Positions 34,850-47,062 of a DNA stretch of 64,000 nucleotides are shown here, piece after piece. The DNA is taken from the NCBI GenBank assembly GCA_025594325.1, contig JANHCV010000011.1, forward strand, positions 1,240,001 through 1,304,000, read 5' to 3'. Positions within the stretch are counted from its first letter, which is position 1. Each line of letters begins with the position of its first letter. The stretch comes from Blastocladiella emersonii ATCC 22665. Its lineage: Eukaryota > Fungi > Blastocladiomycota. Position numbers and translations under genes: made by a program. The notes below the pieces were generated by a model. The model was not told the DNA's origin. It was given only the letters and a program-made list of their open reading frames with translations, and did not search any database.

Positions 34850-35800
34850 ACGGGGCCGTTCCAGGCTACGTTTGACAGCAGGCTTTTAGCGTCAGCGAAC
34901 GTGCACCGGGAATCAATGCTAGGGACAGCAGCAAGCGAGGAGCGGGCGTGGTAAAGTTATGCGTACCGTGTTTGACGTCACCGTTCAAAATGCCCTCAGG
35001 CGCAAGATAAGGCGCGCTTCAAGCGGCCAAGTTGGCGAACGCGTGACGCCAAGCGCGTTCATGTCAATTGATCGATCACGCTGATGCGATTGCAGCAAGT
35101 TGAAGATAAGCAAGAAGCGATAGGGAGATGCATGGCGGTGGTGGTGTGCACGATGCGGGAGCGGCAGCGACTTGCGGCGCGACGCGTCGCCTTCAGCCAC
35201 CCTGTGACGCGACCGCCGTCCGGCTGCAGCTACACCGTCCCTCACCCTCGTGATGGCGGCCTCACGACGAATAAGTATCAATCCTAACACACGCTTTGAG
35301 ATCGCTGAGCAGCAAGCGTACAAGTATATCGAGAATCACCGCACGAGTCGCTCGCTCGCTCACGTCCACGACCACGCTCCGCACTGCCAGCGTCGTTCCC
35401 GACACCCGAGCGCCAGCAAAGCCCACGCGCGCGCAACAATCAGCAAGAGAGCAGCACTCGCGCGGGCGACGCGCGGCTTTTCACGGCGCCCATGCGAGCG
35501 CTGCTGGTTCGAGACGTCGCGCGCGCGTGGTCAATGGAGCAAGGGCATCAGAGTGAGGGGTGAGCGTAGTGTCCCGCCGCGTCTTGGAGAGGATCTGAAT
35601 CTTGGAAAACGATGTCAAGGCGAGTTGACGAGATTCTTGGCGAGCCTACATTCGGTGGACATGAGTCTCCTCGGGTGCGTGCAACCTTGAGCCACGTCGC
35701 GAGCGTACTAAAGCCATGCAGCCGTACGCGAAAGATTCGCTTCTGTCGCGCCGGTCCTTGGACGAAATTGTGGAGCCATGTTGTGGATCGTGACCACAAA
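34850..35800 (+). repeat. Degenerate segment homologous to 45150-46090 in inverted orientation
   Basis: Shared blocks, e.g. gattgcagcaagttgaagataagcaagaagcgatagggagatgcatggcg (35088 onward) vs the reverse complement of 45795-45855, and gctagg...ggagcg.gcgtgg.aa...atgcgtac (34918 onward) vs the reverse complement of 45972-46020. A partial further copy lies at about 36100-36220. Confidence 0.7.
35451..35504 (+). repeat. Hairpin element copy D
   Basis: gcagcactcgcgcgggcg-acgcgcggcttttcacgg-cgcccatgcgagcgctgc. Confidence 0.85.
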
Positions 35801-36293
35801 GTTCGAGACGACCGTGAACAGCTGGACCGAATATCGATGCGGACATCCTCAGCAAGACATACAGAACGAGAGGCGGCTGAGTGATGGAGCGTGGTGGCAA
35901 ACGCTCGGCCCGTAGTACCGCCAGGCCCAGCGGGCCTCGAATTCCAGTACTGCACAAGCTTGATGGTCTCATCCTTGTCCATATCAATGACTGGTTGCAC
36001 GACGCACTTCGCTCAACTTTCCAGGCCTTTCTCGCTGTCCAGATCACCCTGCCACGGGCGAGCTCACCGGCTCAACGACAATGGTTCGCGTCCCGCGTAG
36101 TGTTGCAGGAAGTAGAGGATAAGCAAGAAGCGATTTGAAGTCTACATGGCGTTCAGAGTTCACGATGGGGGAGAAGGGGTGAGCTGCGACGCGTTGCTCC
36201 AGCTTCAGCCACGCACGCGTATCTCCTCAACTTCAGGCCGCCAAGCGCAAGAGTATCTCATAGCAGTAAGCTCCTCTATATGTGTGTGTATCG

Positions 36294-37380
36294 CTACGGT
36301 CGCGGCAGCATCCTGCCCGGCGGATCGAGCACGGACGTCGTGAGCCTGCTGCGCGCCGCGGCCTCGTCGTCATCCTCGGATGGCGGCGGTGGCCGCCTTG
36401 GCGACGTTGCTCCATTGCTGCTGTTGCTGCGCGTCGAGAAGAGGGACGCCATGGACCCCGACGACTCGGTCCCACTGCCGCCGTTGTTGCCTGAGCCCCA
36501 CAGCCACGCAGGCACGAGCCCTCGCCTCCTCGACGGCGTCGCGGTCGCGTCTCCCGACGGCGAGCCAGCAAGAGCCGCGCGGCGCCCACCGGGCGGTGTG
36601 CCCGGTACCGGCGTCCCAGCGGTCGCGGCGACGGCGCGATCGACGACGCGCTCGAGGAGCGTCGCGCGGGCGTGGATCCGCTCGGCGCGGTCGAGCAGGG
36701 CGTCGAGGGCGGGCAGGCGGGCGCGGATGGATTCCTCTACACGCCGCAAACGAGTAAGCTCGTGATGCACGGGCGAGACCCGGATGACGGTACCGAGCAG
36801 CTGACAATGGTTCCACTGCGCGACCGCGTCCTGCATGGCGACGGACGCGTGCAGCACGCGGTCGTGCGCCGTCACGTTCATTTGCTTGAGCGAGGTCAGG
36901 TCGCCGGCGAGCACTACACAACCCACAGTCGTCAGCATCTCACGCTCAATGCAGTGTACGAGCCCAAGCCGCACACGAGACATGCCGCTCAAACGCATGA
37001 ATCGTCGCGGTCCCCGACCGCGCCATGGCGCTGACGACGGCGGGCGGGACCGTCGCGCGGCGGTCGTCTTCGGGTGGCGGTTCCCGCCCGTCGTCGTCCT
37101 CATCGTCTGCGACGTCCGAGCTCGACGACGACGCGGGCGGCGGAAGGACCGGCAAGCTCTCGTAGCTGTCGTGTCTCGACGGGGTGGTAGACGCGAGCGA
37201 CGTGATGCGAGGGCGCACGGGGAGGTGTCGTGGGGACGCCGGGAGCGGCGTGGTGCTCGCGAGCGGGAGGAGGTCGAGCGGGACCGCCGCGGCGGCGACG
37301 ACGTCGGCGTCGGCGTCGGGTAGCGCTGGTGCTGGTGGTGGCAATGCATTGACTTCATTCATGGCGTTCATGTGCTCCAT
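36294..37380 (-). CDS. Coiled-coil protein resembling BLOC-1 subunit 2 (BLOS2), probably 3 exons
   Basis: After removing two GT-AG introns: AFERHVSLLAGDLTSLKQMN...AMQDAVAQWNHCQLLEESIRARLPALDALLDRAERIHARATLLERVV, in register with the BLOC1S2 helix pattern as I recall it. Low-complexity termini. Confidence 0.45.
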
Positions 37381-37490
37381 GGTCCCTTGCAGAAGAGAGC
37401 GGGCGGCGAAGGCGGCGAAGGCGACGCGCCGGTTACGAGTCCGCCGCATCGCGTGATGTCGGCCCTCTCCCGCCTATCACGACCACCGCC

Positions 37491-39754
37491 ATGGATTCCG
37501 CACCACCCGCTTCGGCCGCGCCCGGCGACTCGCCGCAACGCACGTCGTGGCTGACGCTCGACACGGTGCTGCCGCTGGTCGCGGCGGATGCGACCAACGA
37601 GGAGAAGATTGCCGGGCTCCTCGCGCTGCCGCAGGTCCTCGATGCGCGCGAGGCTGGCGACGTGCGCCGGCTCCACGCCGCGCTCGACTTTCGGTATATC
37701 CGGAGGCTGCTCAAGGCCAAGAAGGGTGCGTTCGGTCAGCCGTGGAGGTGCGGGACGATGCTGACCCGACTCCGTGTAGGCGAGGACCAGGCCGCACTGC
37801 AGTCCGTCGCGCTCAACGTCCTCTCGGTCCTCGCGGGCGACCACGAGGTAGCCCTGTCGGCCGAGCTCGGGAGCTGTCTGCTGCTCGCCGTGCAGCTCCT
37901 AGCAGGGTACGCCCCTCTCCCGCACTCTCCCTTGCAACTCAAGGACCCATGTCGAACTGACCCATGCAGGGTGTAGCTCGCCCGATGCGACGGTGCGGGC
38001 GGACGCGCTCGACGTGGTGCAGCGCATGGCGGGGCACGGCGACAGGGACACGGCGGTCGCGCTGCTCGCGGCGCCCGGGTTGCTCGTCGATGCGTTTCTA
38101 CTGATGCCTGGTACGTTTCGTCTCGCCCTCTCTCGACAACCGTCAACTCACTTTTTCTCGCACTCTAGACGACCGCCGGGACGCGTTCCGCAGCTTCCTC
38201 GTCGCGCTCTCGGACCACGCCGGCGCGCGGGTGCACCCGGTCCTCGGTCTGCTGAACCAGCTGCGGTCGCGGCTCGAGTCCACCGCCAACCCCGACGGCA
38301 GGGCGCACCAGCTCGCGCTCCTCGACACGCTGACGGCGCTGCTCGAGCACCTCGAGTCGGCGTCGGGCTCGCCGCGGCAGCGGCGGCCGGCGACCCCCGC
38401 CGCCGGCAAGGACGACGCCATGGAAGTGGACAGCGACGACGAGTCCGATGACGAAGCTGACGACGAGTCCGCGCCCTCGCTCGACCTGAAAACGCTCCTC
38501 CCGCTCCTCCTACGGACGCGCGGCGCGCCCGTCCTGCTGACCCGCCGCGCGCTCCGTCTCGCCGCCGCGTGGCTCGCGGTCTGGCGCGGCGCCGCTGCGG
38601 CGTGCGACGCGACGACGTGGACGGTCCTCGCGAACGCGGCGGCCGTGGACCTGCAGCTGGCGCTCGACGCGCTCGACCCGATGAGCGTCCCGGGCGGCGA
38701 CTCCCAGGAAGCCGCATCGATCGCAGCGGCGTGCTGGGTGATCGAGCGCCTCGTCGACGCGCTGGTGCGCGACCACGTGTCCCTCGCGGGCCCCGCGCTC
38801 CTCGCGTGGCGCCGGCACACGGGCGACCTGGTCCTCGCGCTCGCGGCGTACCTGGAGCCGTTCGCGTCGGAAATCGGTGCGGGGAACCGCAAGGACCCGT
38901 TCGATGCGCTCGTGGTGGCCCTCGCGCGGCTGACGTGCCAGCTCGTGTGCGAGGCCGACGACGACGCCGAGACGCCCGACGCGGTGCTCGCGGTCCTCCC
39001 GCTGCTCGTGTACCTCGCGACCGACCCGCACGCGCCCGCGGCCGCGGCACCGTGGGCCGCCGCGTGTCTCGCGCGCGTGTCGGCGGACGAGACTGTCGCA
39101 GCAGACCTCCGCGCGCGCCACGCGCGGTCCAAGGTCGCGGCCCGGCTCGCGGCGCCGCAGGTGTGGGCGGTCCAGCCCGGCCCGCCGCCGCGCGTCGACT
39201 GGGATACCGCGACGCATCTTGCCAGCACGTTGCTCAATGGGCTGCTCCTCCACCCGGGTTCGGCGGAGGAGGGCGGGGCGGCGGTGATGGCCGAGGTCGC
39301 GGCTATCGTCTGCCGCGCTGACGTCCCGCGCGCGGTCCGCACGATGCTCGGCCGGCGCGCTGGGTCCGCGGCTTCGCCGACGGCGGCAGCGCGCGCGGTC
39401 GCGGCCGCCGACGCTGCGGGGCAGGCGCTCGGGACGGTCGCGGCGTACGCGACCATGGCGGCGTCGCGGTCCCCTTCACCCCTCGCGGGCGACGCGCCGC
39501 GCAAGATCGCGGACCTCGTGCTCGCGTTCCTCGGTGCGGCGTGGCGGTCGGGCGCGGGCGAGTCGCTGGGCGACCTGGTCGCGCTGGTGCTCGACGGGAC
39601 GGCGGCGGTCGCGGGGGCGTCGCGCGAGGCCGCGGCGGGGTGGCGCAGCGCGGTCGAGGCGGCCAAGATGGACGGCGGTGCGCTGGCCAAGGTGCGGGTG
39701 CCCCGCGGCGGCGAGGTCGGCGGGGTGGTCAAGGTGCTCGGGCTGCTGGATTGA
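37491..39754 (+). CDS. Neurochondrin-like alpha-solenoid (ARM-type) protein, multi-exon
   Basis: TNEEKIAGLLALPQVL...RRLHAALDFRYIRRLLKAK...ALQSVALNVLSVL resembles the neurochondrin N-terminus. Ala/Leu-rich helical body with strong GC3 bias. Head-to-head with the gene at 37380 (110-bp gap). Confidence 0.6.
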
Positions 39755-40847
39755 ATACACGTAGGTTTGGGTCAGGGATGCGGTGCACGGCGCAGCAGCG
39801 GCCGCAGCGCTTGCTCGGACGGGCCGCGAGCTTGCTTGTTACACGCGCGGCAGGTTCCCACGCCCACACCTTGCGAGCTGAGCGCTCGAAGAGAGGAAGG
39901 CCGGGGACTGCTTCGCGCGGAGAGCGAGGGGCGAGGTCCGCGGCCTCCACCTGCCCGATCCGGGAAGACGGCCGTACACGAGCTCTCCCTCCCCCCTCGC
40001 AAATCCCGAACAACCGTCGCCCGACCTGACACCGTTGCACCGCTGCACTCGCTCGGACCATTGCTGCCCGATCAGGTGCGTCGCCCTCCCCCCCGCTCTC
40101 CCTCACGAACGGCCGGCGCGAGGCTGTCCGTGGTCGCGACCGTCACCGCGGACCTCCTCGGCCCCGCGCGCGGACACCCCTCGCTCGCAGCACCGCAATC
40201 GGCCGCTGCTGCCTTGTTCCGCGAGAGCGCCACGCGGGCCCGCTGCTCGCGTCGCGTCGCGGCCGTGTCGTGAGTCGAATTCGGTCGGCAGCGAGGCGCC
40301 TCGCAACAAGGTTTGCTGCCGCCGCCTCCGCCATCCCCGCTCCTCTCGCATGGCCAGTGAGCTCTAACCGCCATCTCGGAATCTTCTGTAGCCAGCCGGT
40401 ACGCGTCGTCGTCCGCGTGCCACGCTGCTGCGCCGTTGCGGAGAAGGAGAAGGGGAAGCTGACGCCGCCGCGAGCGAGCGTTGCTGTAGCACACCGCGGT
40501 CCCGCGCTCACTTGCGCATTGCGATTCATTCCTGGCTCTCGCCGCCCTTGCCGACGTGGTAAATTTGTGCCACCATCGCGCGAGAGAAGAGAAGAGTGAC
40601 GGGCCGCCCTCCCGCCACAAGCAGCCATCTCCGAGCTCCCACGCCGCCCGGCGCCGCCGCCCTCTCCTCTCCCCCCTCGGCCCGCCTTCGCCACCCGCCC
40701 TCTCCTCCTCCCACCACCATCGCCTCGGCGACCTCGCACGCACTTGCTGCAACGTAATCAACACCCGACGCACGCACGCGAGTGCCAACGAGGCTGCCTA
40801 GACCCTCCGCCGCCTGCACCTCGCCCAGCCCATCACCCACGCTCTGC

Positions 40848-43593
40848 ATGACGAGCTCGCAGCCGCCTCCACTCATGAACCTCCCCCCATCCGACGACAT
40901 GGCCGCGGCTGCGCCACCCGACTTTGTCGCCGAGCCGCTGCACCACCGCTCGCTGACCAACTCGTCGGGCATCTCGGTCGGCGACATTTCGTCGACGGAC
41001 GACGAGGCCGACGCCAACGACGCCAACGACGGGTTCCTGGGCCCCTCGCGCTCCCTCGCATCGGGCCCCGCGCCCTCCATCTCGGGCGGCAGCAGCCTCG
41101 GCTCGCGGTCCGGCGCCGCCCTCGCCGCGCAGATCCACGCCCGCGCGGGCGTCGCGCCGGGTGCGCGGGCGACGCCACCCCTCCGGCCGGCTGGGCCTGC
41201 CGCCGCGCCGAGTCTGCGCGACGGGATGCCTGGGAACGGCGGCGGGGAGGGCTCGTCGCTCAAGGCGCTCGCCGACTTTCTCGCGCGCACCGGGCCCGAG
41301 GACTTTCTCCCGCAACCCGGCGCCCTCGCCAAGGACCCCAAGGAGGACCCCATGTACAAGCGCATCCTCAAGGGCCTGAAAAAGGGCGGCGACTCCAGCT
41401 CCGACGACCTCGCAGGCGGCGGTGGCCGCTCCGGCAGCAAGTCCAAGCGCAAGGGCTCCAGTGCGGGCGCGATCGCCGAGGGCGGCCCGCTCATGTCGCC
41501 CGGCGGCGAGAAGCGCAAGTTCGTCATGCTGCCCGTGCGGTACGGCGACCTCGACGTTTTTGCGGGATCCGGCCCGCAGTCCCTGCACGCCCCCTCCATC
41601 TCGTCCGGCGGATCCGGATCCGTCTCCGCCGCGTACCCGAGCGGCAGCAGCTACGAGTCTACCGGGTCCGCTGCCGCCCTCCCGCCGCCGCCCGCTGGTG
41701 CTCCCGCGCTCGGCCGCAGCGGGTCTCTGACCTCGACCAACTCGGGCATCCGCAAGCTCGAGGAGCTCATGCGCCGGTCCGCCGTCCTCGACTCCATGTC
41801 GCTCAAGTCCACGTCGTCCGGGTACAACAACAGTGGGAGTGGGAGTGGGAATAACTCGTCGTCGTCGGACCACGCGCACCAGCAGCAGCATCGCGGCGCG
41901 GGTGTGCACGACGCGTACCGCGGGTCATGGGGCACCATCGACTCGCAGCCGACGACTATCGGTGGGACGCCCGCCGGGTCGGATGTCGGGTTCCACGACG
42001 GTACGGGTTTCTCTCAACGCGTCGAGCGAAGTTCCGCGAAACTGATCCCCCGCTCGCACGTGTCTAGGCCAACAACAGCAACAGCAACACCCACCCTCCT
42101 TCTCGCGCGCCCCGCCGTCGACGCTCTCCATCGCCTCGGCCACGGGCGGCGCTGGCGGGCCCGGCCTGATCCGCTCGCTCGTCCAGGCCGCCGGCGTGTC
42201 GCCGACGCGCGCCACCTTCGACACCGCGTCCACGTCTACACCGCCGCCACCCGCGCCCGTGTCGGTCCACGCCACGGGCAACACGGACACGTCGTCGTCG
42301 CACCAGCTGCCGCAGCCCGAGTCCGCGTCGTCCCCGCGCCGCAAGGTGCGGCACGTGCAGACCCAGACGTCCGCGGCGGCCGCGCGGTCGTCCGTCTCGG
42401 GCGATCCCGCCGCCGGAGCTGGTGAGAACGGAGAAGAGGACTCGCAGCTCATGGCGGTGCTGCAGTCGCAGAACGCGTCGCTGCAGAGCAACGTGTCGAC
42501 GCTGAACACGGAGGTGTCGACTTTGCAGGCCGACAACGCGGCGCTCGTCGCGCGCATCCACTCCCTCGAGAAAGAAGCCGGCGCGGCGCGCACCTACGCG
42601 TCGAGCATCGAGATGCAGTACCAGGAGCTCCGCGGCATGTACACTTCGCTCGCCGACCAGCACGGCGCGGCCACCGACCACGCCGAGGCGCTCGAGACCG
42701 AGAGCGCCACGCACCGGTCGCACGTCGAGTACCTCGAGAAGCAGCTCGCGCACCACGCCGCGCTCCTCCAGTCGCTCGAGCAGACGCTCCTCGCCGAGCG
42801 CCAGCAGCACGCCGCTCAGAACGACGAGTTCGAGCGGCTCTCCCGCGCCGCCTACGCCAAGATGAAGCAGCTGATTCTCGAGCGCATCGACCTCGTCAAC
42901 GAAATCGACGTCTGGCGCGCCAAACTCCGCGAGGCCAACCACCGCGCCGCGGAGCGGCAGGTCGACGAGATGCTCGGCACCGCTGGGTTTTTGGGTGGGA
43001 GTGGGTCCCCGTCCACGTCGTCTACCCACTCCACGGGCGCGCCGCAGGTCCTCGTCCCACAGTCCACCGGCGGATCCAACGGCGGCACCGGCCGCGCACA
43101 GACCGCGTCCCCCGGCGCTCCCGCCGCCGGGTACTACCACCACCACGCGCACGCGTATCATCAGCACCTCCCGCACACGCCCTCGGCGCTCCACCCGATG
43201 CACACGGGCGGCAGCTCCGCTAGTGGGAACGGGCTTGGCCTCATGCCCGCGCCCGGCGGCAGCGACGTGTCCGTCGGAAGTGGCGGCGCGGGCGGGTACT
43301 ACCACCAGAACATGTACGCGCACGGCGGCGGCGGCGGCGGGATGGTCGGCGCGGCGCCAACGGGACCGCAATCAGCATCGGCCGCGGCAGCAGCAGCAGC
43401 GGCGGCGGCGGCAGCGAAACGGGTCCAGTTCAACGACCCCGCAGCCGCGGGAGCAGGAGGTGCGGGCGGGATGGCGGCGCTCGGCGCGACGCTCGCGGGC
43501 ATCCAGTCGTTTGCGCCGTACGACGCGCCACCACAAGTGCAGCAAGGGCACCGTCGCGGCGGGTCGCTGTCCAACGGCAACGGCGCGCAGTAA
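40848..43593 (+). CDS. Large low-complexity protein with a central-to-C-terminal coiled coil (exons 40848-42000, 42068-43593)
   Basis: A 67-nt gtacgg...tctag intron joins the two long ORFs in frame. Short motif SLKALADFLARTGPEDF; heptad region of about 170 aa. Confidence 0.75.
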
Positions 43594-45437
43594 CGGCTTC
43601 TCGTTTCTCTCACCACTCCCTCACCACCATCATTGTACGACTAGAGTCCTCCCCTCCCCTCCCCTCCCCTCCCATCACTGGCGTGCCTGTACGATCGATG
43701 CTCTGCTCTGCCCGCTGCTCCTCCCGTTCGTGTGTCCTGATCGCTGGTGCGCTTGTGTGTGCACGCGGCGACGCGGGGCACGCTCGCTCGCTCATTGCCG
43801 TTGCCGTTTTTGTGTTCGATCTCCTCCTTCGCTGCTCTGTTGTTGTTGTTCTCAATCCGTTCGCTCTCTGTTCTGTTCTGCTCTGTTCCCGCTCGTGACG
43901 ATATATGCTGCAAGCATCTCAGAGTTGCCACGGGCCGCAATGAGGGGACGCGAGCGTGGACTCGCTTGGCGGTCCGCGTGCCGGCGGAAGCTCGTCCTGT
44001 GCAAGGTTTGCTACCCTTGGTGCCGACAGCATTCCATCGACGAGAGCAGGAGCAGGTCGTAGCGGATCCATAGCGAGAATCAGCTTGCCAGCGAGTGCGC
44101 TGCGGGACGCGACGCGACGCGAGAATCTGGTCGGCCCTTGACGACGGCCATCTCGCCGACAAGTTCGAGTAGGCGAGCAAGTCGAGCCGCTGACGCTCCC
44201 CGTGTGTGTAGTTCGAAGCAACCTCGAATCCAGTTGGATGCGGAGCAGGCGCCCGGATCGAGCTTGGCGCGCGGCGGGGAGTTGTGCTTCGCTCACCCGA
44301 GCGAGCATTTGGAGAACGGCGAAGGAGCGACATGGATGAGCGCAGCGAAATAAAGCGCAGTATATCTTGTCAACGTGCCCGGCACAACCGGAGCGGGGCT
44401 GCAAGCGCGGTGAACGAGGGGCCGGCCGAGTGCGATGGTCATGAGGCGTGACCCTGGGTTGGAGCCAGGCTCGGAGCCCCGCCGCTCACCTCGCCGCGGC
44501 CGCCGCACCCTTCACGTGCTCTTCACCTCACGGTAGAGACTCCAGACTTGATGCATTCGCATGTCATGATCGCATGAAGATCCATGGGCTGGCTCAACGC
44601 GCGCTGGCTGCTTGCCGCCGGCTTTGCCTTGAGAACTAGACTGCCGCGCTGCCGCGTTCGCTGAGCGAGAGCGTTCGCCGTACAGCGAACCGGGCCACGT
44701 TGGGTATCTTGTAAAGAGCCAACTGCGCTGCTATCGCGCATGCTGGTGTTGAGTGATCTATGATTCCGGACCCCCGCGGTGCGTTGCCCGCATCACCGGC
44801 CCGCACTCGTCCCCCGTCAGCGGTGCCCCCCGCTGCCCCGCCGCGGCTCACGCACACTTTCGCTCGTGTGACTCGCACCCGATAGATCGCCATCAATCGA
44901 GCGCATCCTGGCATTTTGAACCAGGCCGGATCGGTGAGAACGAACTCATCTGGGTACGCGCGCATGAGTCGCGCCGATTGGCGCTGATGTGAATGGGATG
45001 ATGGCTAACGGCAAATGCTGTCATGCCAGCCGCAAGGGCAGACACATTTTGCAAGGCCTAAGCAGGTCGCATGCACTCGGTTCACCTGTTCGCGGCACCA
45101 GGAGCTTTCTCATGTTGACCAAACGCGACAACGTACTGACACCTGGCCTTGCTGCTCTGTTTTGCCCTTCTTTGCGCGCCAATTTACTGACGATATTCTC
45201 TTCCGTACGGAAGAGTTCCACTGGCTGGTCCGCTCGATCAATCTCATCGCACATAGCTACCCGAACGGTCCGCTGCTGCCTCCCCGTGCCGTTCGGCTTC
45301 GATCGTTCACGCTCCGCGCATTACCAACCGTGTAGCTCTCTAGACTTCCAAGGCTAGATGTGGTGGTACGCTGCAATGTCCTCCCACCCTGTCGTCCATG
45401 CACCATCAGCCCCGCACGCGCACGACGTCTCTTACCA

Positions 45438-45490
45438 GCAGCACTTGCACAGGCGGCGTGAAAAAGTCGGGCCGCCCGCGCGGGTGCTGC
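45438..45490 (-). repeat. Hairpin element copy E (inverted)
   Basis: Reverse complement reads gcagcacccgcgcgggcg-gcccgactttttcacgc-cgcctgtgcaagtgctgc. Confidence 0.8.
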
Positions 45491-46634
45491 TCTCTCGCTG
45501 ATTGTCGCGCGCGCGCGCGCGTTCTTCCGACAGTGCTGGGCGACGGGGTCAAGCACGACGGTGCGGAGCGTGGTCGCGGACGCGTGGACGGGACTCGCGT
45601 GGCGATGATGATCTTCGATATACCTGCATGCTTTTTGCTCAACAAGCTCGATGCTTTCGTGGGGACTTGGTTTGACGCGAGGCCGCCTTCATCAGCGTGA
45701 TGGGCGGAGCTGGTGCAGCGGGACGGTCGCGTCCACAGTGGAAGCTGAAAACGGCGCGTCGCGCCACGGGACGCTGCCGCTCTGGCATCGCGCTCACTTC
45801 CGACGCCATGCATCACCCTATTGCTTCTTGCTTATCTTTAACTTGCTGCAATCAACTTCGAGTGACACATCTGTGATACGGACGCGCGTTTCGTGACGCA
45901 CTTTCGAAGTGAGCCGCTCGAGCTATGCCCGCGTTTGTGCCTGTTGATCCCGTACCACCTGAAGCCGTTCCTGTACGCATGCTCTTTCCACGCGCGCTCC
46001 CCCCGCTCTTCGCTCCTAGCGTTCCTTGGTTTGCAATCGTTGACCCCGCGAGCCTGCTTTAAATAGCATTCCAGCCTTACTATCAATGGGTGTCAAAGGA
46101 CCGGTTGCCCCTGGCAGACGAGTGTGGGCTCAACTTTGATTGAGTGGCATGCTCAAAGCGTTGCGATTGTGACCGCCGCTGTCGCGCTACGCAAACGGGG
46201 AGCGGGTTCAGGGCGAGCAGGCTCAGGATGGATCGGCCATGGCTGCTCGAATCTCGCCTCCGCGCCAAGAAGGTCCCATCCGCTGGTGATAGGCTGGGCC
46301 AAGAGAACATGCTTCTTGCCGAACCACGGTCTTCCCAATCCGACATCTCGGTGCGTGCTCACTAATATGCCACGGTATCGACCTGCAAACTCACCCACCA
46401 ACTCGACCACACCGCTTCTATCGTATCTAGAACATCCTTGGAATGATAAATCCGCTTGTACTCGGAAACGTCCTAACCAAGTCGACCGAGCTATTCGAGA
46501 GCATTACTTTGGGACGACTCTGACGGTTTCCCGCAGCTGACAGTCCTCGAATTCATGCCGCGGAAGATCGCTGCGCGCTGTCCTCACTCTGGCGCCATCG
46601 CACCTCAACCGCGCGCGCGCGACATCTCAAATCA

Positions 46635-46690
46635 GCAGCACCCGCGCGGGCGCCGTGAAAAAAACTACGCGCCGCCCGCGCGAGTGCTGC
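46635..46690 (-). repeat. Hairpin element copy F (inverted)
   Basis: Reverse complement reads gcagcactcgcgcgggcg-gcgcgtagtttttttcacgg-cgcccgcgcgggtgctgc; the stem is identical to copy C. Confidence 0.88.
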
Positions 46691-47062
46691 TCCCTTGCTG
46701 ATCGTCGCGCGCGCGATTTTCGCTGGTGCTGGGCGTCGGGGTCAAGTTTGACGATGCGCCGTTGTCGCAATGGGGTTGGCTTGTCGATTGTGAGATTGCT
46801 CTGTGGTATTCATAGCTTCACTTGCTTTGTTCTGCTCGTGGGCGTCGATGCGTGTTAGGCTCGCTTCTGAGCTCGTGCCATACCCGCAACGCGCGAGTTT
46901 CGGACGCGCCGCGAGCCACATGTGTGGCGCAACGCGTTGACGCGATCTCGAACATCCGCGTTCGTGCTCGGTCCGCAAGAAAGGAGTTGGTACGCATACA
47001 GAGAACGCATAACACTATCAATTTGAAATACACACATCCCATTGCACCAATCACGACGTTCA

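Noticed and set aside
32281-35504. CRISPR-like array (palindromic repeat at regular spacing)
   Set aside because: The spacing is about 1 kb, the repeats are degenerate with homologous flanks, the context is eukaryotic, and there are no cas genes.
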